Shown in pieces: positions 41,610 to 52,721 of a DNA stretch of 64,000 nt. Below the pieces are notes generated by a model. That model had not been told where the DNA came from. It saw only the letters and a program-made list of their open reading frames with translations, and ran no database searches. Position 1 is the first letter of the stretch, and each line of letters begins with the position of its first letter. The translations under genes and the position numbers were made by a program. The stretch is from Escherichia coli (GTDB lineage Bacteria > Pseudomonadota > Gammaproteobacteria > Enterobacterales > Enterobacteriaceae), in NCBI RefSeq assembly GCF_050920415.1, contig NZ_CP169309.1; one strand, given 5' to 3'.

Positions 41610-43010
41610 ATGGATAAGAAGCAAGTAACGGATTTAAGGTCGGAATTACTCGATTCACGTTTTGGCGCTAAGTCTATTTCCACTATTGCAGAATCAAAAC
41701 GATTTCCGCTGCACGAAATGCGCGATGATGTCGCATTCCAGATTATCAATGATGAGTTATATCTTGATGGCAACGCTCGTCAGAATCTGGCAACGTTCTG
41801 CCAGACCTGGGACGACGAAAATGTCCATAAGTTGATGGATTTATCCATTAACAAAAACTGGATCGACAAAGAAGAATATCCGCAATCTGCAGCAATCGAT
41901 CTGCGTTGCGTAAACATGGTTGCCGATCTGTGGCATGCGCCTGCACCGAAAAATGGTCAGGCCGTTGGCACCAACACCATTGGTTCTTCCGAGGCCTGTA
42001 TGCTCGGCGGGATGGCGATGAAATGGCGTTGGCGCAAGCGTATGGAAGCTGCAGGTAAGCCGACTAACAAACCGAACCTGGTGTGCGGTCCGGTACAAAT
42101 CTGCTGGCATAAATTCGCCCGCTACTGGGATGTGGAGTTGCGTGAGATCCCTATGCGCCCCGGTCAGTTGTTTATGGACCCGAAACGCATGATTGAAGCC
42201 TGCGACGAAAACACTATCGGCGTGGTGCCGACTTTCGGCGTGACCTATACCGGTAACTATGAGTTCCCGCAACCGCTGCACGATGCACTGGATAAATTCC
42301 AGGCCGACACCGGTATCGACATCGACATGCACATCGACGCCGCCAGCGGTGGCTTCCTGGCACCGTTCGTCGCCCCGGATATCGTCTGGGACTTCCGCCT
42401 GCCGCGTGTGAAATCGATCAGTGCTTCAGGCCACAAATTCGGTCTGGCTCCGCTGGGCTGCGGCTGGGTTATCTGGCGTGACGAAGAAGCGCTGCCGCAG
42501 GAACTGGTATTCAACGTTGACTACCTCGGTGGTCAGATTGGGACTTTCGCCATCAACTTCTCCCGTCCGGCAGGCCAGGTGATTGCACAATACTATGAGT
42601 TTCTGCGCCTCGGTCGTGAAGGCTATACCAAAGTACAGAACGCCTCCTACCAGGTTGCCGCTTATCTGGCGGATGAAATCGCCAAACTGGGGCCGTATGA
42701 GTTCATCTGTACGGGTCGCCCGGACGAAGGCATCCCGGCGGTTTGCTTCAAACTGAAAGATGGTGAAGATCCGGGATACACCCTGTATGACCTCTCTGAA
42801 CGTCTGCGTCTGCGCGGCTGGCAGGTTCCGGCTTTCACTCTCGGCGGTGAAGCCACTGACATCGTGGTGATGCGCATTATGTGCCGTCGTGGCTTCGAAA
42901 TGGACTTTGCTGAACTGTTGCTGGAAGACTACAAAGCCTCCCTGAAATATCTCAGCGACCACCCGAAACTGCAGGGTATTGCCCAGCAGAACAGCTTTAA
43001 ACACACCTGA
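41610..43010 (+). CDS. gadB: Glutamate decarboxylase beta
   Basis: 466 aa from the internal ATG ([24 protein letters not shown]...); PLP-lysine region [10 protein letters not shown]; followed by gadC. Confidence 0.95.
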   Translation: MDKKQVTDLRSELLDSRFGAKSISTIAESKRFPLHEMRDDVAFQIINDELYLDGNARQNLATFCQTWDDENVHKLMDLSINKNWIDKEEYPQSAAIDLRCVNMVADLWHAPAPKNGQAVGTNTIGSSEACMLGGMAMKWRWRKRMEAAGKPTNKPNLVCGPVQICWHKFARYWDVELREIPMRPGQLFMDPKRMIEACDENTIGVVPTFGVTYTGNYEFPQPLHDALDKFQADTGIDIDMHIDAASGGFLAPFVAPDIVWDFRLPRVKSISASGHKFGLAPLGCGWVIWRDEEALPQELVFNVDYLGGQIGTFAINFSRPAGQVIAQYYEFLRLGREGYTKVQNASYQVAAYLADEIAKLGPYEFICTGRPDEGIPAVCFKLKDGEDPGYTLYDLSERLRLRGWQVPAFTLGGEATDIVVMRIMCRRGFEMDFAELLLEDYKASLKYLSDHPKLQGIAQQNSFKHT

Positions 43011-43165
43011 TAACGTTGAACGGTAACGGTGTCCCGAAACGAACCCGTTTCGGGACAATTTCCAAAGTCTGTTCACTGGCATTAGCAACGGAAAATATTG
43101 TTCTGAATACGCTTCAGAACAAAACAGGTGCGGTTCCGACAGGAATACCGTTTTAGGGGGATAAT

Positions 43166-44701
43166 ATGGCTACATCAGTACAGACAGGTAAAGCTAAGCA
43201 GCTCACATTACTCGGATTTTTTGCCATAACGGCATCGATGGTAATGGCTGTTTATGAATACCCTACCTTCGCAACATCGGGCTTTTCATTAGTCTTCTTC
43301 CTGCTTTTAGGCGGGATTTTATGGTTTATTCCCGTGGGGCTTTGTGCTGCGGAAATGGCCACCGTCGACGGCTGGGAAGAAGGTGGTGTCTTCGCCTGGG
43401 TATCAAATACTCTGGGGCCGAGATGGGGGTTTGCAGCGATCTCATTTGGCTATCTGCAAATCGCCATCGGTTTTATTCCAATGCTCTATTTCGTGTTAGG
43501 GGCACTCTCCTACATCCTGAAATGGCCAGCGTTGAATGAAGACCCCATTACCAAAACTATTGCAGCACTCATCATTCTTTGGGCGCTGGCATTAACACAG
43601 TTTGGTGGCACGAAATACACGGCGCGAATTGCTAAAGTTGGCTTCTTCGCCGGTATCCTGTTACCTGCATTTATTTTGATCGCATTAGCAGCTATTTATC
43701 TGCACTCCGGTGCTCCCGTTGCTATCGAAATGGATGCGAAAACCTTCTTCCCTGACTTCTCTAAAGTCGGCACCCTGGTTGTGTTTGTTGCCTTCATTTT
43801 GAGTTATATGGGGGTAGAAGCTTCCGCAACCCACGTCAATGAAATGCGCAATCCCGGTCGCGATTATCCGCTGGCGATGTTACTGCTGATGGTGGCGGCA
43901 ATCTGCTTAAGCTCTGTTGGCGGCTTGTCTATTGCGATGGTTATTCCGGGTAATGAAATCAACCTCTCCGCAGGGGTAATGCAAACCTTTACCGTTCTGA
44001 TGTCACATGTGGCACCGGAAATTGAGTGGACGGTTCGCGTGATCTCCGCACTGCTGTTGCTGGGTGTTCTGGCGGAAATCGCTTCCTGGATTGTTGGCCC
44101 TTCTCGCGGGATGTATGTCACCGCGCAGAAAAACCTGCTGCCAGCGGCGTTCGCTAAAATGAACAAAAATGGCGTACCGGTAACGCTGGTTATTTCGCAG
44201 CTGGTGATTACTACTATCGCGTTGATCATCCTCACCAATACCGGTGGCGGTAACAATATGTCCTTCCTGATTGCCCTGGCGCTGACGGTGGTGATTTATC
44301 TGTGTGCTTATTTCATGCTGTTTATTGGCTACATTGTGTTAGTGCTTAAACATCCTGACTTAAAACGCACATTTAATATCCCTGGTGGTAAAGGGGTGAA
44401 ACTGGTCGTGGCAATTGTCGGTCTGCTGACTTCAATTATGGCGTTTATTGTTTCCTTCCTGCCGCCGGATAATATCCAGGGGGACTCTACCGATATGTAT
44501 GTCGAATTACTGGTCGTTAGTTTCCTGGTGGTACTTGCCCTGCCCTTCATTCTCTATGCTGTTCATGATCGTAAAGGCAAAGCGAATACCGGCGTATCTC
44601 TGGAACCAATCAACAGCCAGAACGCTCCGAAAGGTCACTTCTTCCTGCACCCGCGTGCACGTTCACCACACTATATTGTGATGAATGACAAGAAACACTA
44701 A
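43166..44701 (+). CDS. gadC: Glutamate:GABA antiporter
   Basis: 511 aa; 12-TM APC-family transporter; downstream of gadB. Confidence 0.95.
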   Translation: MATSVQTGKAKQLTLLGFFAITASMVMAVYEYPTFATSGFSLVFFLLLGGILWFIPVGLCAAEMATVDGWEEGGVFAWVSNTLGPRWGFAAISFGYLQIAIGFIPMLYFVLGALSYILKWPALNEDPITKTIAALIILWALALTQFGGTKYTARIAKVGFFAGILLPAFILIALAAIYLHSGAPVAIEMDAKTFFPDFSKVGTLVVFVAFILSYMGVEASATHVNEMRNPGRDYPLAMLLLMVAAICLSSVGGLSIAMVIPGNEINLSAGVMQTFTVLMSHVAPEIEWTVRVISALLLLGVLAEIASWIVGPSRGMYVTAQKNLLPAAFAKMNKNGVPVTLVISQLVITTIALIILTNTGGGNNMSFLIALALTVVIYLCAYFMLFIGYIVLVLKHPDLKRTFNIPGGKGVKLVVAIVGLLTSIMAFIVSFLPPDNIQGDSTDMYVELLVVSFLVVLALPFILYAVHDRKGKANTGVSLEPINSQNAPKGHFFLHPRARSPHYIVMNDKKH

Positions 44702-44727
44702 CCATGTCTGAATGGTTATAAGACAAG

Positions 44728-44754
44728 GGAGCGATAATTCATCGCTCCCTTTTT
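44728..44754 (+). terminator. Intrinsic terminator after gadC
   Basis: Hairpin gggagcg...cgctccc followed by TTTTT. Confidence 0.6.
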
Positions 44755-44831
44755 CGTGCTCGCTGTCGTATTGACTTAACCGGGATAAGTACGAGAATGA
44801 GCGCACATCTGTTTACCGGAAACCAGCATAT

Positions 44832-46151
44832 ATGGATATCTGCTCCCGAAACGAGAAATTAGCGATTAGAAGACCAGCGGTACTGGTTGCACTGGCACTT
44901 TTACTGTGTAGTTGCAAAAGCACGCCCCCAGAGTCAATGGTGACACCACCAACAGGTTCGAAGCCACCAGCTACGACGCAACAATCGTCACAACCGATGC
45001 GTGGCATCTGGCTGGCCACAGTGTCTCGCCTCGACTGGCCACCGGTTTCCTCGGTTAACATTAGTAACCCCACCAGCCGTGCACGTGTACAACAACAGGC
45101 GATGATCGACAAACTGGATCATCTGCAACGTCTCGGTATAAACACGGTCTTTTTCCAGGTCAAGCCGGACGGTACCGCACTATGGCCATCGAAAATTTTG
45201 CCGTGGTCCGATCTTATGACCGGTAAGATTGGCGAAAACCCGGGTTACGATCCGTTGCAATTTATGCTCGACGAAGCCCACAAGCGTGGGATGAAAGTAC
45301 ACGCCTGGTTTAACCCTTACCGCGTATCGGTTAATACAAAGCCTGGTACTATCAGGGAACTGAATAGCACCCTGTCTCAACAACCGGCCAGCGTCTATGT
45401 GCAACACCGCGACTGGATTAGAACGTCGGGTGATCGGTTTGTCCTCGACCCAGGCATCCCTGAGGTTCAGGACTGGATCACATCAATAGTCGCGGAAGTG
45501 GTTTCCCGCTATCCGGTAGATGGCGTGCAGTTTGACGACTATTTTTATACTGAGTCACCAGCTTCACGGCTAAATGATAACGAAACGTACCGCAAATACG
45601 GAGGCGCATTTGCGTCAAAAGCAGACTGGCGGCGCAACAATACTCAGCAGTTAATTGCGAAGGTATCGCACACCATTAAAAGCATTAAGCCGGAAGTCGA
45701 ATTTGGCGTTAGCCCGGCAGGCGTGTGGCGTAACCGATCACACGATCCGCTCGGTTCCGATACCCGAGGCGCGGCAGCCTATGACGAATCCTATGCTGAC
45801 ACCCGTCGATGGGTGGAACAAGGATTGCTGGATTACATTGCTCCCCAAATTTACTGGCCGTTCTCACGGAGTGCCGCACGTTATGACGTTTTGGCAAAAT
45901 GGTGGGCGGATGTCGTTAAACCGACCAGGACCCGCCTGTATATCGGTATCGCCTTCTATAAAGTGGGTGAACCTTCAAAGATAGAACCAGACTGGATGAT
46001 TAACGGTGGCGTACCGGAACTGAAAAAGCAGCTCGATCTTAACGATGCTGTACCAGAAATCAGCGGCACAATCTTGTTCCGTGAGGACTATCTGAACAAA
46101 CCTCAGACTCAACAAGCGGTCAGCTATTTGCAAAGTCGTTGGGGCAGTTAA
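44832..46151 (+). CDS. yddW: YddW, lipoprotein of a glycoside-hydrolase-like family
   Basis: 439 aa; lipobox LLLCSC near the N-terminus; expected position between gadC and dosC. Confidence 0.8.
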   Translation: MDICSRNEKLAIRRPAVLVALALLLCSCKSTPPESMVTPPTGSKPPATTQQSSQPMRGIWLATVSRLDWPPVSSVNISNPTSRARVQQQAMIDKLDHLQRLGINTVFFQVKPDGTALWPSKILPWSDLMTGKIGENPGYDPLQFMLDEAHKRGMKVHAWFNPYRVSVNTKPGTIRELNSTLSQQPASVYVQHRDWIRTSGDRFVLDPGIPEVQDWITSIVAEVVSRYPVDGVQFDDYFYTESPASRLNDNETYRKYGGAFASKADWRRNNTQQLIAKVSHTIKSIKPEVEFGVSPAGVWRNRSHDPLGSDTRGAAAYDESYADTRRWVEQGLLDYIAPQIYWPFSRSAARYDVLAKWWADVVKPTRTRLYIGIAFYKVGEPSKIEPDWMINGGVPELKKQLDLNDAVPEISGTILFREDYLNKPQTQQAVSYLQSRWGS

Positions 46152-46511
46152 ACTTGTAACATGGCCGGTGCTTTACCCACCGGCTTGCTACCCTCTTGAA
46201 ATATCCCACTAGTAATCATGCTTACTTAAGTCAAATTAACCACACAATTAAACACACTTAGTTAAATAGCCATAAATCCCCTAATAAAAATGTATGAACA
46301 TGAAAAAACATACGATATTGGCTGTCACCGAAAAATAATTACGATGGGCTATACTCTTCTGAAGAACAGTAGCGTAGATTGAAACTGTCCTAAGTCGCTT
46401 ATTTGTTTTCAGTATATCTTCATATTTCAGGAGAATATGGTGCAGTTAGTCGATCCCGCACGTTTCGTTTTTGATTCCGTCTGCTTTCCCAGCCTTATAA
46501 GGGTGTGAATT

Positions 46512-47915
46512 ATGGAGATGTATTTTAAAAGAATGAAAGATGAGTGGACCGGACTTGTCGAACAGGCAGATCCGCTCATTCGTGCCAAAGCCGCGGAAAT
46601 TGCCGTTGCGCATGCCCATTACCTGAGCATTGAGTTTTATCGGATTGTCCGTATTGACCCGCATGCCGAAGAATTCTTGAGTAATGAACAAGTTGAGCGG
46701 CAGCTGAAAAGTGCGATGGAACGCTGGATTATTAATGTGCTTTCTGCCCAGGTTGACGATGTTGAAAGGCTAATACAAATCCAGCATACCGTCGCAGAAG
46801 TGCATGCCCGCATCGGCATTCCAGTAGAAATTGTCGAGATGGGGTTTCGGGTGCTGAAAAAAATCCTCTATCCGGTGATTTTCTCTTCGGATTATTCTGC
46901 CGCAGAAAAACTTCAGGTCTACCATTTCTCGATTAACAGTATTGATATCGCGATGGAAGTCATGACCCGCGCGTTTACCTTTAGTGACAGTAGTGCCTCA
47001 AAAGAAGATGAAAACTATCGTATCTTCTCGTTACTGGAAAACGCCGAAGAAGAAAAAGAACGCCAAATAGCCTCAATCCTTTCATGGGAAATTGACATTA
47101 TCTATAAAGTTCTGCTGGATTCTGATTTAGGCAGTAGTTTGCCTTTAAGCCAGGCTGATTTTGGCCTGTGGTTTAACCATAAAGGTCGACATTATTTTAG
47201 CGGCATTGCCGAAGTGGGTCATATCTCCCGCCTGATTCAGGATTTCGACGGTATTTTTAATCAAACCATGCGTAATGCAAAAAATTTGAGCAACAAAACT
47301 CTGCGGGTGAGATTTTTATTACAGATAAGAAATACCGTATCGCAAATTATTACCTTGCTGCGTGAATTATTTGAAGAAGTATCTCGCCACGAAGTGGGTA
47401 TGGATGTACTGACAAAATTACTTAACCGCCGCTTCCTGCCGACCATCTTTAAACGCGAAATTGCCCATGCCAACCGGACCGGAACCCCCCTGTCAGTGCT
47501 GATTATTGACGTTGATAAATTCAAAGAGATCAACGATACGTGGGGCCATAACACCGGTGATGAAATTTTGCGTAAAGTTTCTCAGGCCTTTTACGACAAC
47601 GTCCGCAGTAGTGATTATGTTTTTCGTTACGGGGGAGATGAATTTATCATTGTCCTGACTGAAGCTTCTGAAAACGAAACGTTACGTACTGCAGAACGTA
47701 TTCGCAGTCGGGTGGAGAAAACCAAACTGAAAGCCGCAAACGGCGAAGATATTGCCCTCTCACTTTCCATCGGTGCCGCCATGTTTAATGGTCATCCTGA
47801 CTATGAGCGCCTCATTCAAATAGCCGATGAAGCTCTGTATACGCCAAAAGACGAGGTAGAAACCGTGTTGAACTCTGGAAAGCCAGTCTTTAGATGCGCC
47901 AGGATGCAGAGGTAA
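46512..47915 (+). CDS. dosC: DosC, globin-coupled diguanylate cyclase, with a frameshifted C-terminus in this sequence
   Basis: Globin sensor plus GGDEF domain (RYGGDEFI). From about codon 444 the frame no longer encodes the GGDEF tail; the conserved AKRRGRNRVELWKASL is encoded in the +1 frame (47843-47893). The shifted ORF runs to a TAA at 47913-47915, 2 nt before the dosP start. Confidence 0.85.
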   Translation: MEMYFKRMKDEWTGLVEQADPLIRAKAAEIAVAHAHYLSIEFYRIVRIDPHAEEFLSNEQVERQLKSAMERWIINVLSAQVDDVERLIQIQHTVAEVHARIGIPVEIVEMGFRVLKKILYPVIFSSDYSAAEKLQVYHFSINSIDIAMEVMTRAFTFSDSSASKEDENYRIFSLLENAEEEKERQIASILSWEIDIIYKVLLDSDLGSSLPLSQADFGLWFNHKGRHYFSGIAEVGHISRLIQDFDGIFNQTMRNAKNLSNKTLRVRFLLQIRNTVSQIITLLRELFEEVSRHEVGMDVLTKLLNRRFLPTIFKREIAHANRTGTPLSVLIIDVDKFKEINDTWGHNTGDEILRKVSQAFYDNVRSSDYVFRYGGDEFIIVLTEASENETLRTAERIRSRVEKTKLKAANGEDIALSLSIGAAMFNGHPDYERLIQIADEALYTPKDEVETVLNSGKPVFRCARMQR

Positions 47916-47917
47916 TC

Positions 47918-50317
47918 ATGAAGCTAACCGATGCGGATAATGCCGCCGATGGCATTTTTTTCCCCGCCCTTGAGCAAAATATGATGGGCGCGGTGTTAAT
48001 TAACGAAAATGATGAAGTGATGTTTTTCAACCCCGCCGCAGAGAAACTCTGGGGGTACAAACGCGAAGAAGTCATTGGCAAAAACATTGATATGCTGATT
48101 CCGCGAGATTTGCGTCCCGCGCATCCTGAATACATCCGTCACAACCGTGAAGGCGGTAAAGCGCGCGTCGAGGGGATGAGTCGGGAGCTGCAGCTGGAGA
48201 AAAAAGACGGCAGTAAAATCTGGACCCGTTTTGCGCTATCGAAAGTGAGCGCCGAGGGTAAAATTTATTACCTGGCGCTGGTACGGGATGCCAGCGTAGA
48301 AATGGCGCAAAAAGAACAGACCCGACAATTGATTATTGCTGTTGACCATCTCGACCGACCGGTGATTGTCCTCGATCCGGAACGCCATATTGTGCAGTGC
48401 AATCGCGCATTTACCGAAATGTTTGGTTACTGCATTAGCGAAGCCAGCGGTATGCAGCCCGATACACTCCTGAACATTCCAGAATTCCCTGCTGATAACC
48501 GCATTCGTTTACAACAGTTGCTATGGAAAACCGCCCGCGATCAGGACGAATTTCTGCTGTTGACGCGCACCGGTGAAAAAATCTGGATTAAAGCCTCTAT
48601 CAGCCCGGTCTATGATGTGCTCGCGCATCTGCAGAACCTGGTAATGACTTTCTCGGATATCACCGAAGAACGGCAAATCCGCCAGCTTGAAGGCAATATT
48701 CTCGCCGCCATGTGCAGCAGCCCGCCATTTCATGAAATGGGGGAAATCATTTGTCGTAACATCGAATCTGTTCTCAACGAATCGCATGTTTCGCTGTTCG
48801 CGCTGCGCAACGGGATGCCGATACACTGGGCGTCATCTTCGCACGGTACAGAAGTTCAAAATGCGCAAAGCTGGTCAGCGACCATTCGTCAGCGTGACGG
48901 CGCACCGGCGGGGATCCTGCAAATTAAAACCTCGTCAGGAGCAGAAACCAGCGCCTTTATCGAACGCGTGGCAGATATCAGCCAGCATATGGCCGCGCTG
49001 GCGCTGGAACAGGAAAAAAGCCGTCAGCATATTGAACAACTCATCCAATTTGATCCGATGACCGGTCTGCCAAATCGCAATAACCTGCACAATTACCTCG
49101 ATGACCTGGTCGACAAAGCCGTCTCTCCGGTGGTCTATCTCATCGGTGTTGACCATATTCAGGATGTGATTGATAGCCTTGGCTATGCGTGGGCCGATCA
49201 GGCATTGCTGGAAGTGGTCAATCGCTTTCGTGAAAAACTCAAACCGGATCAGTATCTCTGTCGTATCGAAGGTACGCAGTTTGTCCTCGTGAGCCTGGAA
49301 AACGACGTCAGCAACATTACCCAAATCGCCGATGAGCTACGGAATGTGGTCAGCAAGCCGATAATGATTGACGATAAACCATTCCCGCTCACCTTGAGCA
49401 TTGGCATCAGCTACGACGTGGGTAAAAACCGCGATTACCTGCTCTCCACTGCCCATAACGCGATGGATTATATTCGCAAGAATGGCGGTAACGGCTGGCA
49501 GTTCTTCAGCCCGGTGATGAACGAAATGGTGAAAGAACGATTGATATTAGGCGCAGCGCTGAAAGATGCGATTAGCAATAACCAACTGAAACTGGTTTAC
49601 CAACCGCAAATCTTCGCAGAAACGGGTGAACTGTATGGTATCGAAGCCCTTGCTCGCTGGCACGATCCTCTGCATGGTCATGTGCCCCCTTCACGGTTTA
49701 TTCCTCTCGCAGAAGAGATTGGCGAAATCGAAAATATTGGGCGCTGGGTCATCGCGGAAGCTTGCCGTCAGTTAGCAGAATGGCGTAGCCAGAATATTCA
49801 TATTCCAGCGTTATCCGTTAACTTGTCTGCGCTGCACTTCCGCAGTAATCAGCTTCCTAATCAGGTGTCTGATGCAATGCAAGTCTGGGGCATTGACGGC
49901 CACCAGCTAACGGTGGAAATCACCGAAAGCATGATGATGGAACACGATACCGAAATTTTTAAGCGCATCCAGATCCTGCGCGATATGGGCGTGGGTTTAT
50001 CGGTAGATGATTTTGGTACGGGTTTTTCCGGGTTATCCCGCTTAGTCAGTCTTCCGGTAACGGAAATCAAAATTGACAAAAGTTTTGTTGATCGTTGTCT
50101 GACTGAAAAACGCATCCTTGCCTTACTTGAAGCTATTACCAGCATTGGGCAAAGCCTCAATTTAACCGTCGTAGCGGAAGGCGTCGAAACCAAAGAGCAA
50201 TTTGAGATGCTACGCAAGATTCACTGTCGCGTTATTCAGGGATATTTCTTTTCCCGCCCCCTGCCCGCCGAAGAAATTCCAGGCTGGATGAGTAGCGTGT
50301 TACCGCAGAAAATCTGA
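47918..50317 (+). CDS. dosP: DosP, haem-PAS c-di-GMP phosphodiesterase
   Basis: 799 aa from the ATG at 47918; PAS domains, degenerate GGDEF and EAL domain (EAL motif, QPQIF region). Confidence 0.9.
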   Translation: MKLTDADNAADGIFFPALEQNMMGAVLINENDEVMFFNPAAEKLWGYKREEVIGKNIDMLIPRDLRPAHPEYIRHNREGGKARVEGMSRELQLEKKDGSKIWTRFALSKVSAEGKIYYLALVRDASVEMAQKEQTRQLIIAVDHLDRPVIVLDPERHIVQCNRAFTEMFGYCISEASGMQPDTLLNIPEFPADNRIRLQQLLWKTARDQDEFLLLTRTGEKIWIKASISPVYDVLAHLQNLVMTFSDITEERQIRQLEGNILAAMCSSPPFHEMGEIICRNIESVLNESHVSLFALRNGMPIHWASSSHGTEVQNAQSWSATIRQRDGAPAGILQIKTSSGAETSAFIERVADISQHMAALALEQEKSRQHIEQLIQFDPMTGLPNRNNLHNYLDDLVDKAVSPVVYLIGVDHIQDVIDSLGYAWADQALLEVVNRFREKLKPDQYLCRIEGTQFVLVSLENDVSNITQIADELRNVVSKPIMIDDKPFPLTLSIGISYDVGKNRDYLLSTAHNAMDYIRKNGGNGWQFFSPVMNEMVKERLILGAALKDAISNNQLKLVYQPQIFAETGELYGIEALARWHDPLHGHVPPSRFIPLAEEIGEIENIGRWVIAEACRQLAEWRSQNIHIPALSVNLSALHFRSNQLPNQVSDAMQVWGIDGHQLTVEITESMMMEHDTEIFKRIQILRDMGVGLSVDDFGTGFSGLSRLVSLPVTEIKIDKSFVDRCLTEKRILALLEAITSIGQSLNLTVVAEGVETKEQFEMLRKIHCRVIQGYFFSRPLPAEEIPGWMSSVLPQKI

Positions 50318-50330
50318 CAAATCCCTCTCG

Positions 50331-50353
50331 CCCGCACTCGCGGGTTTTCATTT
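50331..50353 (+). terminator. Intrinsic terminator after dosP
   Basis: Short GC hairpin (cccgc actc gcggg) followed by TTTTCATTT. Confidence 0.5.
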
Positions 50354-50574
50354 AACGTGACACTGTCACTTAAATACTGTGATTTCAGCTACGATTCCGG
50401 GAGATTCCTTCCTTAACTTCCCCTCTTGCACCAAAACTGCACTACGCTGCACAAATGTTGATCAAAAGTTAAAAAATATAACTTTAAGCCAGCATTCTGG
50501 CGCTTATCCCGGCATGGCATGAGATCTGCATAAGCGGAAAGCGCAGCAATTTTTGTCTTATACAGGAACCGTTT

Positions 50575-51156
50575 ATGTCGGATACCACCGAACTGGTTGA
50601 TTTAGCCGTGATCTTCCCTGATCTGGAGATCGAATTGAAATACGCCTGCGCTGATAACATCACAGGTAAAGCTATTTATCAGCAAGCGCGTTGTCTGTTA
50701 CACAAGGATGCGATTACCGCGCTGGCGAAAAGTATCAGTATCGCCCAGCTGTCAGGCTTACAACTGGTGATTTACGATGCGTATCGCCCACAACAAGCAC
50801 AGGCGATGTTGTGGCAAACCTGCCCAGACCCGCAATATGTCGTTGATGTGGCGGTCGGTTCTAATCACAGCCGTGGCACCGCGATCGACCTGACGCTTCG
50901 TGATGAGCACGGGAACATCCTCGATATGGGCGCAGAGTTCGATGAAATGCACGAACGTTCCCATGCTTACCATCCTTCCGTCCCGCCCGCTGCTCAGCGC
51001 AATCGCCTGTTGCTGAATGCGATTATGACTGGCGGTGGCTTTGTCGGTATCCCGAGCGAATGGTGGCACTTCGAATTACCCCAGGCAGCGAGTTACCCGC
51101 TACTCGCTGATCAATTCACCTGTTTTATATCCCCTGGCACACAGCACGCCAGTTAA
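50575..51156 (+). CDS. ddpX: D-Ala-D-Ala dipeptidase DdpX (VanX homologue)
   Basis: 193 aa; VanX-family zinc-binding residues (SNHSRGTAIDL, EWWHFE). Confidence 0.9.
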   Translation: MSDTTELVDLAVIFPDLEIELKYACADNITGKAIYQQARCLLHKDAITALAKSISIAQLSGLQLVIYDAYRPQQAQAMLWQTCPDPQYVVDVAVGSNHSRGTAIDLTLRDEHGNILDMGAEFDEMHERSHAYHPSVPPAAQRNRLLLNAIMTGGGFVGIPSEWWHFELPQAASYPLLADQFTCFISPGTQHAS

Positions 51157-51169
51157 TCAGGAAACTGTT

Positions 51170-52720
51170 ATGAAGAGATCGATTTCGTTTCGTCCTACAT
51201 TGCTCGCGATCGTCCTTGCCACAACAATGCCGGTTGCGCACGCCGCCCTACCGAAAGATATGCTGGTGATCGGTAAAGCTGCCGACCCACAAACCCTCGA
51301 CCCGGCGGTAACAATTGATAATAACGACTGGACAGTGACCTACCCGTCTTATCAGCGACTGGTTCAGTACAAAACGGACGGTGATAAAGGCTCAACAGAC
51401 GTTGAAGGCGATCTGGCGAGTAGCTGGAAAGCGTCTGACGATCAAAAAGAGTGGACGTTCACCCTGAAGGACAATGCTAAATTTGCCGATGGCACACCCG
51501 TCACTGCCGAAGCAGTAAAACTCTCTTTTGAGCGGTTACTAAAAATCGGTCAGGGGCCAGCAGAAGCATTTCCCAAAGATTTAAAGATTGATGCTCCCGA
51601 CGAACATACGGTGAGGTTTACCCTTAGCCAGCCATTCGCACCGTTCCTCTACACGCTGGCGAATGACGGTGCATCCATTATCAATCCGGCGGTCTTAAAA
51701 GAACATGCGGCCGATGATGCCCGTGGTTTCCTCGCGCAAAATACCGCTGGCTCCGGACCGTTTATGCTGAAAAGCTGGCAAAAAGGTCAGCAATTAGTTC
51801 TGGTGCCAAATCCGCATTACCCCGGCAATAAACCGAACTTCAAACGGGTATCGGTAAAAATTATCGGTGAAAGTGCCTCCCGTCGCCTGCAGCTCTCCCG
51901 TGGCGACATTGACATTGCCGATGCGCTGCCGGTGGATCAACTCAACGCCCTGAAGCAGGAAAACAAAGTCAACGTGGCAGAGTATCCGTCACTGCGCGTC
52001 ACCTATCTGTATCTCAATAACAGCAAAGCGCCACTTAATCAGGCGGATCTGCGTCGGGCCATTTCCTGGTCTACCGATTATCAGGGTATGGTTAACGGCA
52101 TTCTGAGTGGTAACGGAAAACAAATGCGCGGCCCGATTCCGGAAGGCATGTGGGGATACGATGCGACGGCAATGCAATACAACCATGACGAAACGAAAGC
52201 CAAAGCCGAATGGGATAAAGTGACGAGCAAACCCACCAGCCTGACGTTTCTCTACTCCGATAACGACCCGAACTGGGAACCTATTGCTCTGGCAACACAA
52301 TCCAGCCTCAACAAGCTGGGCATCAATGTGAAGCTGGAAAAGCTGGCGAACGCCACCATGCGCGACAGAGTGGGTAAAGGTGATTACGACATCGCGATTG
52401 GCAACTGGAGTCCGGATTTTGCCGACCCGTATATGTTTATGAATTACTGGTTTGAGTCAGACAAAAAAGGTCTGCCGGGTAACCGCTCGTTCTATGAAAA
52501 CAGTGAGGTCGATAAGCTACTGCGCAATGCGCTAGCGACCACCGACCAGACGCAGCGTACCCGGGACTACCAGCAGGCACAGAAAATCGTCATTGATGAC
52601 GCTGCTTATGTGTATCTGTTCCAGAAAAACTACCAACTGGCGATGAACAAAGAGGTGAAAGGCTTTGTGTTCAATCCCATGCTGGAACAGGTCTTCAATA
52701 TCAATACCATGAGTAAATAA
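51170..52720 (+). CDS. ddpA: Dipeptide ABC transporter periplasmic binding protein DdpA
   Basis: 516 aa from the internal ATG (MKRSISFRPTLLAIVLATTMPVAHA signal peptide); family 5 solute-binding protein. Confidence 0.9.
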   Translation: MKRSISFRPTLLAIVLATTMPVAHAALPKDMLVIGKAADPQTLDPAVTIDNNDWTVTYPSYQRLVQYKTDGDKGSTDVEGDLASSWKASDDQKEWTFTLKDNAKFADGTPVTAEAVKLSFERLLKIGQGPAEAFPKDLKIDAPDEHTVRFTLSQPFAPFLYTLANDGASIINPAVLKEHAADDARGFLAQNTAGSGPFMLKSWQKGQQLVLVPNPHYPGNKPNFKRVSVKIIGESASRRLQLSRGDIDIADALPVDQLNALKQENKVNVAEYPSLRVTYLYLNNSKAPLNQADLRRAISWSTDYQGMVNGILSGNGKQMRGPIPEGMWGYDATAMQYNHDETKAKAEWDKVTSKPTSLTFLYSDNDPNWEPIALATQSSLNKLGINVKLEKLANATMRDRVGKGDYDIAIGNWSPDFADPYMFMNYWFESDKKGLPGNRSFYENSEVDKLLRNALATTDQTQRTRDYQQAQKIVIDDAAYVYLFQKNYQLAMNKEVKGFVFNPMLEQVFNINTMSK

Positions 52721-52721
52721 C

